The notes under the pieces were generated by a model. That model ran no database searches, was not told the DNA's origin, and worked only from the letters and a program-made list of their open reading frames with translations. Position numbers and translations under genes: made by a program. A DNA stretch of 62,166 nt, the filler included. It is 3 parts of 3 records of this genome, joined end to end, with 100 filler letters (N's around TTAATTAATTAA, not from the genome) between each part and the next. Parts side by side here need not be neighbours in the genome. Positions count along the whole stretch, not along the records: positions 1 to 28,670 come from DRR723986_9854; 2 more parts are not named here. One strand, 5' to 3'. Shown here in pieces: positions 1 to 9,490 of the stretch; position 1 is the stretch's first letter, and each line of letters opens with the position of its first letter.

Positions 1-562
1 CGTCACCCACGACCAGGTTGAAGCCATGACCATGGCGGACCGGATCGTGGTGCTGGATCACGGTATCATCTCCCAGGTCGGTTCGCCGCTGGAGCTTTAT
101 CACAAACCGCAGAACACCTTCGTTGCCGGCTTTATCGGCAACCCCAAAATGAACTTCATCGAGGTGTCCGGAAAAAGTTCCGGTCCTGAAGGCGTTGTCG
201 TCACCTTGCCATCAGGCAAGGACCTGACAGTCAAGGTAGATGCTGCGGAAGAAGTTGCAGGACAGAGCCTTACCCTCGGCGTTCGCCCGGAACATCTGAC
301 ACTAGGCGCTGCCGATGCCTCCATAGAGATTGTTCCGACCGTCGTTGAACATCTCGGCATTCACACCGTCACCTACAGCACCGTTGCCGGTGCCAAGTCC
401 ACTTTTTGCAGCGTCTTGCCCGGATCCGCCCCGGCGAAAGTGGGTGTGCCGGTTTCCATGGGACTGAAGGGTGTGGATTGCCACCTGTTCGACGGTAACG
501 GAAACGCTTTTGACCGCCAGCTTTCGCTAGAAGAACTGGATGCTGCGGACATGCATATCTGA
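1..562 (+). CDS. Sugar ABC transporter ATP-binding protein (MalK/UgpC type), 5'-truncated
   Basis: Frame from position 2 reads [18 protein letters not shown]...[13 protein letters not shown]...LGVRPEHL, the H-loop and TOBE region of CUT1 ATPases; the N-terminus lies outside the window. Confidence 0.93.
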   Translation, partial: VTHDQVEAMTMADRIVVLDHGIISQVGSPLELYHKPQNTFVAGFIGNPKMNFIEVSGKSSGPEGVVVTLPSGKDLTVKVDAAEEVAGQSLTLGVRPEHLTLGAADASIEIVPTVVEHLGIHTVTYSTVAGAKSTFCSVLPGSAPAKVGVPVSMGLKGVDCHLFDGNGNAFDRQLSLEELDAADMHI

Positions 563-588
563 CACTTGGCATCAGATGCCCCAAATAA

Positions 589-615
589 AAACGGCCGCCC
601 GAAAGGCGGCCGTTT
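589..615. terminator. Bidirectional rho-independent terminator
   Basis: AAACGGCCGCC-CGAAA-GGCGGCCGTTT perfect 11-bp stem between convergent genes. Confidence 0.8.
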
Positions 616-652
616 GAAATTTCGGGAAACGGCGGGCAAGCCGTCTGGAGGA

Positions 653-1720
653 CTAGACGACTTGCCCACGGGCGGCCACCGTCTCGATGCGGGTCACCAC
701 GCCGTCTCTGTGAAACACCAGGCGGTCGAAAAGGTTTGAAACGACGCACGTATGGTTGGGAATGATCCGGACCCGTTCGCCGATCTGCGGTTTTTTGCCG
801 GACTTCGTCAGGTCGACGACGGCATGCTCCTCGCTGAGCGCGGCAATGGATGCCTCCGGATAATCGATCAACAGGCCGTGGTCGGAAAAACCCAACAAAT
901 CGGACGTCAACGCTTTCGATCCCGCATCCAGAACCGCCCGGTTTTCGGTCGGCCGGGAGACGACTGTGGCCAGCACATGCATGGCGCAATCGTCAAAATC
1001 GCACATACCGGCGCGCACCATCGAGCGGTCGTTGAAGATATAGGTTCCGGCCCGGTGCTCCGTCGCGCTAGGCACAAGATCACTGTCGAACAGGCTCGGT
1101 GAACCTCCATGCGAGACGACAGGGCACTCAAGACCTGCCTGTTTCAGAAGTGACAGTGTTTCGGAAAAAAAAGCTTCAACCGCCGTTTCGGAGGATGCCT
1201 TCGGATAGGTCAGCAGACCATGGAATACCAGTCCGGGCGATGCATCGATGCGCTTGGCCAGCGCGACCGCAGCATCCGGATTTTGCACGCCGTTGCGTCC
1301 GGCCCCTGTATCGCATTCGACCAGAACCTTCAGCGGTTGATCCCCGGAAAACGCACTCGCCAGACCGTCGACGACAACTTCATTGTCGGCAACAACCTGC
1401 AGATCCACCTTGGTATTCAATAACTTCAACCTGTCGAGCCGCGATTTGCCGAGCATATTGAAGGTGATCAGGATATCGGTGAAGCCTGCGTCGGCGAACA
1501 CTTCCGCTTCGCTTATTTTCTGGCAGTTGATACCGCGTGCGCCATAGGCCAGCTGCAATGCGGCCAGCGCCGGGATCTTGTGTGTTTTGATATGAGGCCG
1601 GAAGTTCCGGCCAATACGGTCGAAATACTCCTGTGCAACCTTGATGTTCGTCTCCATGACCGTTTCATCGATCACGGCGACAGGGGTCAGAAGATCCTGC
1701 ACTGACAGCCCGACACTCAT
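653..1720 (-). CDS. PLP-dependent D-serine dehydratase / D-threonine aldolase family enzyme (fold type III)
   Basis: RPHIKTHK PLP-lysine motif, ECDTGAGRNG, GTYIFND, SEEH, IIPNHTC. Confidence 0.88.
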   Translation of the reverse strand: MSVGLSVQDLLTPVAVIDETVMETNIKVAQEYFDRIGRNFRPHIKTHKIPALAALQLAYGARGINCQKISEAEVFADAGFTDILITFNMLGKSRLDRLKLLNTKVDLQVVADNEVVVDGLASAFSGDQPLKVLVECDTGAGRNGVQNPDAAVALAKRIDASPGLVFHGLLTYPKASSETAVEAFFSETLSLLKQAGLECPVVSHGGSPSLFDSDLVPSATEHRAGTYIFNDRSMVRAGMCDFDDCAMHVLATVVSRPTENRAVLDAGSKALTSDLLGFSDHGLLIDYPEASIAALSEEHAVVDLTKSGKKPQIGERVRIIPNHTCVVSNLFDRLVFHRDGVVTRIETVAARGQVV

Positions 1721-1723
1721 CGC

Positions 1724-3241
1724 TTAGCCTCCCTTGCGGCCGGCTGTGCCGGCACTGGTATCGGTTTCATGCCCACTCGCAGTGGCTGCCTCGTTGATTG
1801 GCCAGATATCCCTCGGTGCTTTCTTGTAAGGGGTTACCCTTGGGTCGTTGGGATAGGGACGTCCGGCGGCGCAATAGAGGATCAACGGACTGATGCGGGC
1901 AAACGATTGATGAAAATGGTTCGTCGACTTGACCACCAGGATCTTCCTTTTGGTCGGATCGATACCAAAGTTGGAAAACAGGCTCGTGTCGAAGCATTGG
2001 GCGCGGGTCGAATTCAGGATCACTTCAATCCCGCCAATCCGGATCAGACTTGCGTCACCGATGGGAACGATGCTTTGGCCAAAAAACTGCTCTGCATTCC
2101 GGATGTTGCGGAGAATTTCAACTTCTGCGTCGATCGGCTCACCGGTTTCCGGTGCTGATTTAGCTCCGAACCGCAGCATCATGCGAGCCCCCTCGCCCGC
2201 TGCGTGACAGAGCTGGACGGCTACCGGGTCCCAGATTGAACCGAAGGCGATATTCTCGAGCTTGCCGGCAATGGCTTCTGCCAGCAGGACGGTCGCATCC
2301 CCGGCCGTTCCCCCACCGGGATTGTCCCACATGTCCGCGATCGTGACCGGACCACCTTCACAGGACAATGCCTTGGCGTAGGCTTCGGCTGGCGCAAGTT
2401 CAGCACTTCGCACCTTGCCACGCAGCTTGAACAGAGCCTCTCCAAGGTCACGGGCAACTTCGAACCCAAGTGCCGGATCGTTGTTTGTCACTGCCAGCAA
2501 CTTGGTCCCCATTTCGGGGACGTCGCCCGCCATGAAGCCATGGATGACCGAGAGAGACAAAAGGCCTGGCGTTTCCTGCTCCCGGCGGATCATGTCATCG
2601 ACAAACCGGCGCATAGGTTCGGATGTTGTCGGGAAGACGTCAATCATCTTGGGATCGTAAACGCTCATTACAGGTTTGACTTCGCCTGCAACCGCTTGCC
2701 CAGCAATACGCCATGCATCCTCGGCCCGATCGACGAAATCGATGTGGGGAAATTCCTTGAAGGCGATGAGCGCGTCAGCCGCGGCAACACGCTTTGCAGT
2801 CAGATGACTGTGCGGGTCGAACGTTGCAATAACAGGGACATCCGGGCCGACCACAGATCGAATTCGGCTCAGTAGATCCCCTTCCGGATCATCATACCCG
2901 TCAGCCACCATCGCACCATGCAGGCCAATGACGACAACGTCGAAAGGTCCACCTGTCACGATCTGATCCAGAATTTCGTCACGCAAGCCCTCAAAGGTCT
3001 GCCGCGAAACCAAACCGGCCGGATCTGCCCACGCCGCGGTACCTTCAACCAGTTCCCAGTCGTTTTCACAGGCAAACCGGCGCCCTACGGTAACGACCGC
3101 AGAACACAGGGTCGGGGTTTCCGGATGCTCACCCGGCCTTGCCAGCAGCGACGCCCTGAATGCGTTGATATCAATCCGGATCGGTGAAAACGTGTTGGTT
3201 TCTGTTGCCAGAGCTGCCGTAAAAGCGCGGGGCTTCGTCAT
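1724..3241 (-). CDS. M81 family (MlrC-like) metallohydrolase
   Basis: ETNTFS, LHGAM, FDPH, PHID, DNPGGG and VVKS motifs; start moved to the ATG at 3241 just downstream of the upstream gene's stop. Confidence 0.88.
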   Translation of the reverse strand: MTKPRAFTAALATETNTFSPIRIDINAFRASLLARPGEHPETPTLCSAVVTVGRRFACENDWELVEGTAAWADPAGLVSRQTFEGLRDEILDQIVTGGPFDVVVIGLHGAMVADGYDDPEGDLLSRIRSVVGPDVPVIATFDPHSHLTAKRVAAADALIAFKEFPHIDFVDRAEDAWRIAGQAVAGEVKPVMSVYDPKMIDVFPTTSEPMRRFVDDMIRREQETPGLLSLSVIHGFMAGDVPEMGTKLLAVTNNDPALGFEVARDLGEALFKLRGKVRSAELAPAEAYAKALSCEGGPVTIADMWDNPGGGTAGDATVLLAEAIAGKLENIAFGSIWDPVAVQLCHAAGEGARMMLRFGAKSAPETGEPIDAEVEILRNIRNAEQFFGQSIVPIGDASLIRIGGIEVILNSTRAQCFDTSLFSNFGIDPTKRKILVVKSTNHFHQSFARISPLILYCAAGRPYPNDPRVTPYKKAPRDIWPINEAATASGHETDTSAGTAGRKGG

Positions 3242-3243
3242 GA

Positions 3244-3747
3244 TCAGGACGCGGCTCCGAGAGGATTGGGCAAATATCCGGCAAAGCCGCAGATCTTCCA
3301 GCGCCCCTCCCTTCGGACACAGAAATAGAGCGTCTGCCACAACAAGCGATCCTCGCCGCCATCTGCTTTCCGGATGCGGCCGTCGAATTTCTTGTGCGCA
3401 ATTGCCCGGTTTCCGTTGATGTCGATCTCGGTCAGGCGGGTAGCATCGAAAATGGCGGCACGCGCGTCTTCGGCGAATTCCGTCGCTCTGAAAATTTCCG
3501 CCTGGCTCAACCAGCGTTCCTTGTAGGAGCCGAGATCCGGAAACCCGAGTTTCCAGTCGTCGGGATTAGGTACCTTTCCACCGTCTACGCCAAAAAAGGC
3601 GGGTTCGTCGAAATCATCGGCCACCTGCTCCCAGTCTGCTGCGACGAAGGCATTGATGTCCCGCATGACAAGCATGTCCCAGATCTCGGAGCGATCTTCG
3701 TCTTTTCCTGCAAATGGATTTGTTTGGCTGTCTGAAAGGGCCTGCAT
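3244..3747 (-). CDS. Conserved hypothetical protein, probable NTF2/SnoaL-like fold
   Basis: About 167 aa; RDINAFVAADW, EIDINGNRAIA and C-terminal REGRWKI resemble NTF2-like proteins. Start uncertain (3747 or 3759). Confidence 0.65.
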   Translation of the reverse strand: MQALSDSQTNPFAGKDEDRSEIWDMLVMRDINAFVAADWEQVADDFDEPAFFGVDGGKVPNPDDWKLGFPDLGSYKERWLSQAEIFRATEFAEDARAAIFDATRLTEIDINGNRAIAHKKFDGRIRKADGGEDRLLWQTLYFCVRREGRWKICGFAGYLPNPLGAAS

Positions 3748-3822
3748 ATCGGAAACCATTTTCATTTTGACGGTTGATTTTTGAAAAATATAAGGGTGAA
3801 ATAAAACCAATGTCAAACCACT

Positions 3823-3839
3823 ATGTAAATCATTTTCAT
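3823..3839. promoter_or_regulatory. Putative RpiR/HexR-type operator
   Basis: ATGTAAATCATTTTCAT imperfect palindrome in the divergent promoter region; a related copy GGAAACCATTTTCAT lies at 3751-3765. Confidence 0.5.
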
Positions 3840-3852
3840 TTTGGAGCCAAAT

Positions 3853-4239
3853 ATGTCTATCAAACGCTATGGTGCTGAAAAATCAGGTGCCGGCGGCCAG
3901 AATCTGCCCTTCGCTCGAGCCGTTGAAGCTGACGGCTGGCTTTATGTCTCCGGCCAGGTACCGATGAAGGATGGTGAGATTGTCGGCACGGGGATTGTCG
4001 AACAGACTCACCTGACCATCAAGAATGTTGTCGCGATCCTGGAAGAAGCCGGGTACGGCCTTGAACATGTTGTCCGCGTCGGTGTCTGGCTCGATGATCC
4101 GCGCGATTTCTGGTCGTTTAACGGCGTCTATAAAAGCTATTTCGGTGAATACCCACCGGCACGCGCCTGTGTCCAGTCAACCATGATGGTGGACTGCAAG
4201 GTCGAGATTGATTGCGTCGCGTACAAGAAGCCGGCCTGA
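3853..4239 (+). CDS. RidA/YjgF family enamine/imine deaminase
   Basis: LYVSGQVP, FNGVYKSYF, PPARACV (catalytic Arg), KVEIDCVA. Confidence 0.92.
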   Translation: MSIKRYGAEKSGAGGQNLPFARAVEADGWLYVSGQVPMKDGEIVGTGIVEQTHLTIKNVVAILEEAGYGLEHVVRVGVWLDDPRDFWSFNGVYKSYFGEYPPARACVQSTMMVDCKVEIDCVAYKKPA

Positions 4240-4243
4240 CCCC

Positions 4244-5110
4244 ATGCGGGATATCCTGTCCGTTCTGCAACAGATCGAGCCGGAGCTGTCCAAGTCGGAA
4301 CGGATCCTGGCTGCATTGTTGCGCAACGATGCCGAGTTCATCGTCAATGCCGGCATTACGGATGTTGCCGAACGTGCAGGTGTTTCGCCGCCGACCGTTA
4401 CCCGTTTTTGCCGTCGGCTTGGCTGTGAGAGTTACACTGCCTTCAAGGTGCAGGTTGCCCAGGTCACCTTCGCCGGAACCAGATATCTGACCGCTAATGC
4501 GGCTTCTGACGCGCCGCGCGATATTGCTGACAGTCTTCTGGCCCAGTTTCAGGATGCAGCGACCAGTACGCGCAAAGCGTTGGACATGGAGTCGGTGCTG
4601 GCAGCTGCAGATGCGATCTCGACCGCCAATCTGCTGGCAGCGTTCGGTGCGGGCGGGACGTCCTCAATGATTTCGGACGAAATGCAGAACCGGTTTTTCC
4701 GCCTGGGTCTGCGTACGGTGAGCGTGACGGATCATGCCATGCAGCTGATGCAGGCGGCCACCATGAGGACCGGCGATGTCATCATTGCGTCGTCTGTCTC
4801 TGGCCGGAACCTGCAAATGGTACGTGCGCTGGAGGCAGCGAAGACCTACGGGGCAATCGTAATCGCCCTCACCCGCCCGGGTCGGCCCGTCGCTGATCTG
4901 GCGGATATCACGATTGCCATCGATCTGCCCGAAGGTGAAAACATCCTGCGGCCAAGCACCAGCCGCTATGCCTTTCTGTTTGTGACAGATCTCTTGGCAA
5001 CGCTTGTCGCCATGCGGCGAGGCGACGAGGCTCGAGAAAACCTCAGACGCGTCAAATACCAGCTCAGCAACACGCGCGATCCGGACGACAAGGAAGCCCT
5101 CGGTGACTGA
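4244..5110 (+). CDS. RpiR/MurR family transcriptional regulator (HTH + SIS)
   Basis: LSKSE...AERAGVSPPTVTRFCRRLG HTH; SIS domain with SVSGR and IALT. Confidence 0.93.
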   Translation: MRDILSVLQQIEPELSKSERILAALLRNDAEFIVNAGITDVAERAGVSPPTVTRFCRRLGCESYTAFKVQVAQVTFAGTRYLTANAASDAPRDIADSLLAQFQDAATSTRKALDMESVLAAADAISTANLLAAFGAGGTSSMISDEMQNRFFRLGLRTVSVTDHAMQLMQAATMRTGDVIIASSVSGRNLQMVRALEAAKTYGAIVIALTRPGRPVADLADITIAIDLPEGENILRPSTSRYAFLFVTDLLATLVAMRRGDEARENLRRVKYQLSNTRDPDDKEALGD

Positions 5111-5903
5111 TCAAACTCCGAAACCCGTTGCCGTGGTAACGGGCGCAGCCGGCGACATCGGCATGGCCATTGCTGCGCAGCTGTCAGCAACCCACATCAT
5201 CGCCGCTGTCGACATCGACATGATTGCCCTCGAAGGCGCGGTGGAAAGTCTTGAAAACCACGGTGCCGATATTGCTGCGATCCAATGCGACCTGACCAAG
5301 GCTGACGACTTAGCCCGGCTTGCCAAGGAGGCTGCCAGACTGGGGCAGGTCAATACAATCATCAACAACGCGGGCGCTGCTGCGGCACTTACGTTGCATC
5401 AGATGACTGCCGAAACGCTGTCTAGGGATCTCGCTCTCAATCTGGAAGCCGCGCTCAACTGCTTCAAGGCCTTTGAACAGCCCTTGATTTCAAGCGGTGC
5501 CGGCAACCTGGTCAATATTGCCTCTGTCAACGGACTGTCCGTCTTCGGTCACCCAGCCTACAGCGCTGCAAAGGCCGGCCTGATCCATGCAACAAGGTCC
5601 ATCGCCGTCGAATATGGGAAGTATGGCCTCAGATCGAATGCCATCGCGCCTGGCACTGTTAAGACCCAGGCCTGGAAAATACGGCAGGCTGCCAATCCGG
5701 ACGTCTTTGACGAGGCCCTGTCCTGGTATCCGTTCAAATCCCTGCCTGAACCGAATGACATTGCCTCGGCCGTTTCATTCCTGATCAGTCCGGCGGCGCG
5801 TTGCATCACGGGTGTTTGCCTGCCTGTCGACAGTGGGCTCACTGCCGGGTCACCTGCCCTTGCCCGAACCTTCACTCAATCTCCCGATTTCGACGGATTT
5901 TAA
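5103..5903 (+). CDS. SDR family oxidoreductase
   Basis: TGAAGDIG, NNAG, YSAAK, NAIAPG; GTG start overlapping the rpiR stop. Confidence 0.92.
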   Translation: MTDQTPKPVAVVTGAAGDIGMAIAAQLSATHIIAAVDIDMIALEGAVESLENHGADIAAIQCDLTKADDLARLAKEAARLGQVNTIINNAGAAAALTLHQMTAETLSRDLALNLEAALNCFKAFEQPLISSGAGNLVNIASVNGLSVFGHPAYSAAKAGLIHATRSIAVEYGKYGLRSNAIAPGTVKTQAWKIRQAANPDVFDEALSWYPFKSLPEPNDIASAVSFLISPAARCITGVCLPVDSGLTAGSPALARTFTQSPDFDGF

Positions 5904-5906
5904 GTC

Positions 5907-7817
5907 ATGACCAAGTTTGTGCTCGACTGTTTCTACCGCCCTGCGGAGGATCTTGCTGCGTCTCGTCAGGAGTTTGCACTGACCAATACAAGCTCCAGGC
6001 CCCTGAAGGATTTCACGCTGGCCTACACGGCGGTCAACCGGGCCACGGCAAATGCCAAGCTTGAAAACGCAGCGAGTTTCAGCCGGATTGCGAATTTTCA
6101 CGAAATCACGCCAAACACTGGCGAAACGATCGAACCAGGCGAAACCTGGACCTTTGCCATCACCGGCCTGGCGAACGTGGCAAGACACCGGCTTGATGGT
6201 CCTAAGTCCGCCTATGTCAGCACCGGTGGCAGCGTCATCGAGGTGCTGTGCAATGATCTTGAAGCGCCGGAAGAGCTGGATAGCGGAAAACGCCGCAGCA
6301 TGCCGGCTGGACACCTTCCTGAACCGCTGCATATCGTTCCCTGGCCCCAGAAAGTGGAAGTAACGGCCTTTGCGGACGACAAGACAAGCTTCCTAGTTGC
6401 CCAGGGCTCTGCAGAGGAAAAGGCGGCGGCGGCCAAGATCAACGCGCTCGCAGCAAGGCTCTTTCCAGGAGCGCCACATCCTTTCCGGTTTACTCAATCG
6501 CATCATCAAATCGCGATTGAGTTCCAGCAGGACGATAGCCTTGCAGCTGACGGTTACCGGCTCGAATTTGACCAAGCGAAAGCAGCCTTGCGCTACAGCG
6601 GCTCCGTCGGCCGTGACTATGGCCTGACTGTACTCGCCCAGATGGCTTACGGCACCTATGAGGCACCTGGTACATTCAAGTTTCCTGCACAGGGCGTGAT
6701 AGAAGACGCCCCAAGGTTTTCCTGGCGTGGAACTCATCTGGATGTGTCACGACATTTCCGTGGCCCCAAAGACATCATGCGCCTGCTCGACATTCTCGCC
6801 TGGGGTCGGATGAACGTCTTCCAATGGCATCTGACAGACGATGAAGGCTGGCGACTTGAAATCAAGGCCTATCCCGAACTGACCGTGGGCGGTGCACGGC
6901 GTGGCCCTGGTTGCCAGCAGGTGCCCCAGCTCGGCTTTGCCGCTGAAGTCTACGAAGGGGCCTATTCGCAGGAAGAAGTTCGCGAGATTGTTGCTCATGC
7001 CACCAGCCTGAACATAGACATCCTGCCGGAAATCGATGTTCCGGGGCATTCGACCGCCGTTTTGAAGACCTACCCGCGCTTCGCCGATCAGGCGGAGACC
7101 CCGGAGAGCTATCATTCCATTCAGGGCTATCCGAACAACGCACTGAACCCGGCGATGGATGAAACCTACGAGTTTCTGGAAAAGGTCTTTGCGGAAGTTG
7201 CAAGCCTGTTTCCGTTCGACTTCATCCACATCGGCGGCGACGAAGTCGACGTCAATTCATGGCTTGCCTCGCCGAAGACCCAACGCCTCATGGAGGAAAA
7301 GGGTCATGCGGATACAATGGAAGTGCAAGCCTATTTCATGGGCCGCGTGCGCGACATCCTGAGAAAACTCAACCGGAAACTTGCCGGCTGGGACGAAGTC
7401 TCACACGGTGGCGGCATCGACCCGGATGGCGTGCTTCTGATGGCCTGGCAAAGACAGGAAGTCACCAAGGACCTGATCGATCAGGGCTACAACGTCATCT
7501 GTACCCCGGGACAGCACTATTACATGGATATGGTCCAGGCGTCCGGCTGGCATGAGCCGGGTGCGGGTTGGGCCGGCGTTTCGACACCGGAAGACTGTTA
7601 TGGCTATGAGGCAGCTGCCGGTCTCAGCACCGGCAGTGAAGAGCGCCTCAAGGGGGTGCAGGCCTGCATCTGGTGCGAGCACATGACCGACAACGTCATC
7701 TTCAACCATATGGTCTTTCCGCGGCTTTATGCGGTCGCTGAAGCCGGCTGGACCGCCCCCGCCAGCAAGGCCTGGCTGCGATTTGCAGCACAGGCCCCCT
7801 TCTTCCCCCAACTTTGA
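5907..7817 (+). CDS. GH20 beta-N-acetylhexosaminidase, no signal peptide
   Basis: DAPRFSWRG, HLTDDEGWR, PEIDVPGH, catalytic HIGGDEV, WCE, FPR. Confidence 0.95.
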   Translation: MTKFVLDCFYRPAEDLAASRQEFALTNTSSRPLKDFTLAYTAVNRATANAKLENAASFSRIANFHEITPNTGETIEPGETWTFAITGLANVARHRLDGPKSAYVSTGGSVIEVLCNDLEAPEELDSGKRRSMPAGHLPEPLHIVPWPQKVEVTAFADDKTSFLVAQGSAEEKAAAAKINALAARLFPGAPHPFRFTQSHHQIAIEFQQDDSLAADGYRLEFDQAKAALRYSGSVGRDYGLTVLAQMAYGTYEAPGTFKFPAQGVIEDAPRFSWRGTHLDVSRHFRGPKDIMRLLDILAWGRMNVFQWHLTDDEGWRLEIKAYPELTVGGARRGPGCQQVPQLGFAAEVYEGAYSQEEVREIVAHATSLNIDILPEIDVPGHSTAVLKTYPRFADQAETPESYHSIQGYPNNALNPAMDETYEFLEKVFAEVASLFPFDFIHIGGDEVDVNSWLASPKTQRLMEEKGHADTMEVQAYFMGRVRDILRKLNRKLAGWDEVSHGGGIDPDGVLLMAWQRQEVTKDLIDQGYNVICTPGQHYYMDMVQASGWHEPGAGWAGVSTPEDCYGYEAAAGLSTGSEERLKGVQACIWCEHMTDNVIFNHMVFPRLYAVAEAGWTAPASKAWLRFAAQAPFFPQL

Positions 7818-7837
7818 ATGCGTGACGAGGCAGGAAG

Positions 7838-9274
7838 ATGAAAATTGCAGTTGGCGGCATTCATACCGAATGCAGTACCTATTCACCGGTCCAGCAAACC
7901 GCATCAGACTTCACGGTCACCCGTGGCAAGGACTTGGTGGCACAGGCAGGCGTCGACGGCGGCAGATTTCCTGACGTCACCTTTTGTCCATTGTTTCACG
8001 CCAGATCCATTCCGGGCGGACCGGTGTCTGCGGACTGCTATGCGAGCTTCAAGTCTGCCTTTCTTGCCGAACTTGAAGCCGAGAAGCCATGCGACGGTGT
8101 TCTATTGATTATGCATGGCGCCATGCATGTGATCGGTCTGAGCGATGCGGAAGGGGACTGGATCTCTGCCGTTCGCCAACTTGTCGGGCCGCAAGTGCCA
8201 ATCGCTGTCAGTTACGATCTGCACGGCAATGTCACGCAAACCATTGTCGATCAGATCGACATCTTCTGTGCTTATCGCACTGCCCCTCATATCGACGTGA
8301 CCGAAACCCACCGACGTGCCGCGGCAAATCTTGTCAACCAATTGGGTGGCGGTCCCAAGAGATACGTGGCCTGGGCTCCCGTGCCGGTTCTCCTACCCGG
8401 GGAACGAACCAGCACGGAAGATGAACCGGTAAAATCGCTTTATGCAACGTTGCCGGTATTCGATCAGCGATCCGGGGTGACCGATGCCAATCTGATGGTG
8501 GGGTATGTCTGGGCTGATACGGCAAGAGCCACCGCGGCTGCCGTGGTGACGGGAACAGACCTGGATGCCATTCAACAGGCGGCTTCCAAAATTGCTGCGC
8601 AGTACTGGTCCGCAAGGCAAGACTTCGAGTTTGGTGTCCCCACGAAGCCACTCGAACTGTGCCTGGACGATGCTGCAACAGAAAGCTCGTCTCCCCTCAT
8701 CCTTGCCGACAGTGGCGACAATCCGACAGGTGGTGGGGTTGGTGACAGATCTGATGTCCTGGCGGCCTGGTTGGAACGAGGCTTGACTGGAGGTGTATTT
8801 GCAGGGATCGCTGATCCGGTTTCGGTCGATAAACTCTGGGCATTGCCAGACGGCTCTTCTTCCCGCCTCACAATTGGCGGTGCCCTGGGCAGCGATTGCA
8901 AGGTCGTTAGCACGGAAGCTGTCTTGCTGTCTAAACTAGGCAGAGAACAGGATCATAATCGGGAAGTGTTGACCAGGATCGCAGGTAATTTGGTGATCCT
9001 GACGGAACACAGACGCCCCTTCCATCAACTGGAGGATTTTAGGCGTTTTGCCATTGAACCGTCCACTGCAAGGTTCTTGATCGTGAAATCCGGATACCTG
9101 TCGCCAGAGCTGGCCCCAATCGCCAATCCCGCCCGCATGGCCCTCACGGATGGTGCGGTTAACCAGGACATTGAGGCGCTCACAAACCAACACCGCCCTG
9201 TGCCGAGCTACCCTTTTCAGCGGGCCTTCGATTGGAAACCGGTTACAAGTCTATCTCGCAGGGCGTCCTCTTGA
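7838..9274 (+). CDS. M81 family (MlrC-like) metallohydrolase, second paralogue
   Basis: GGIHTECSTYS, MHGAM, YDLH, APHID, DNPTGGG, VKSGY. Confidence 0.88.
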   Translation: MKIAVGGIHTECSTYSPVQQTASDFTVTRGKDLVAQAGVDGGRFPDVTFCPLFHARSIPGGPVSADCYASFKSAFLAELEAEKPCDGVLLIMHGAMHVIGLSDAEGDWISAVRQLVGPQVPIAVSYDLHGNVTQTIVDQIDIFCAYRTAPHIDVTETHRRAAANLVNQLGGGPKRYVAWAPVPVLLPGERTSTEDEPVKSLYATLPVFDQRSGVTDANLMVGYVWADTARATAAAVVTGTDLDAIQQAASKIAAQYWSARQDFEFGVPTKPLELCLDDAATESSSPLILADSGDNPTGGGVGDRSDVLAAWLERGLTGGVFAGIADPVSVDKLWALPDGSSSRLTIGGALGSDCKVVSTEAVLLSKLGREQDHNREVLTRIAGNLVILTEHRRPFHQLEDFRRFAIEPSTARFLIVKSGYLSPELAPIANPARMALTDGAVNQDIEALTNQHRPVPSYPFQRAFDWKPVTSLSRRASS

Positions 9275-9490
9275 GTATTGCGCGCTCTTTCGAGCGGCAT
9301 GAGTAACTGACGAATCCAGCCGACTATAAGAGATGCATTGCTTACCAAGCGCGTCCTGAATGCACGGATAATTGGCATTTTGCTTGCAAATACAAGCACT
9401 CGCAAAGTTTTATTTCTATTATTTTCAGTACCGAATTTAAAATCGGTCATTCGCCTGCATTTGCATTTCTCAAATCAATCATAGTCTTAC

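Noticed and set aside
1724-9274. Microcystin degradation cluster suggested by MlrC homologues
   Set aside because: No mlrA, mlrB or mlrD; the context points to amino-sugar catabolism.
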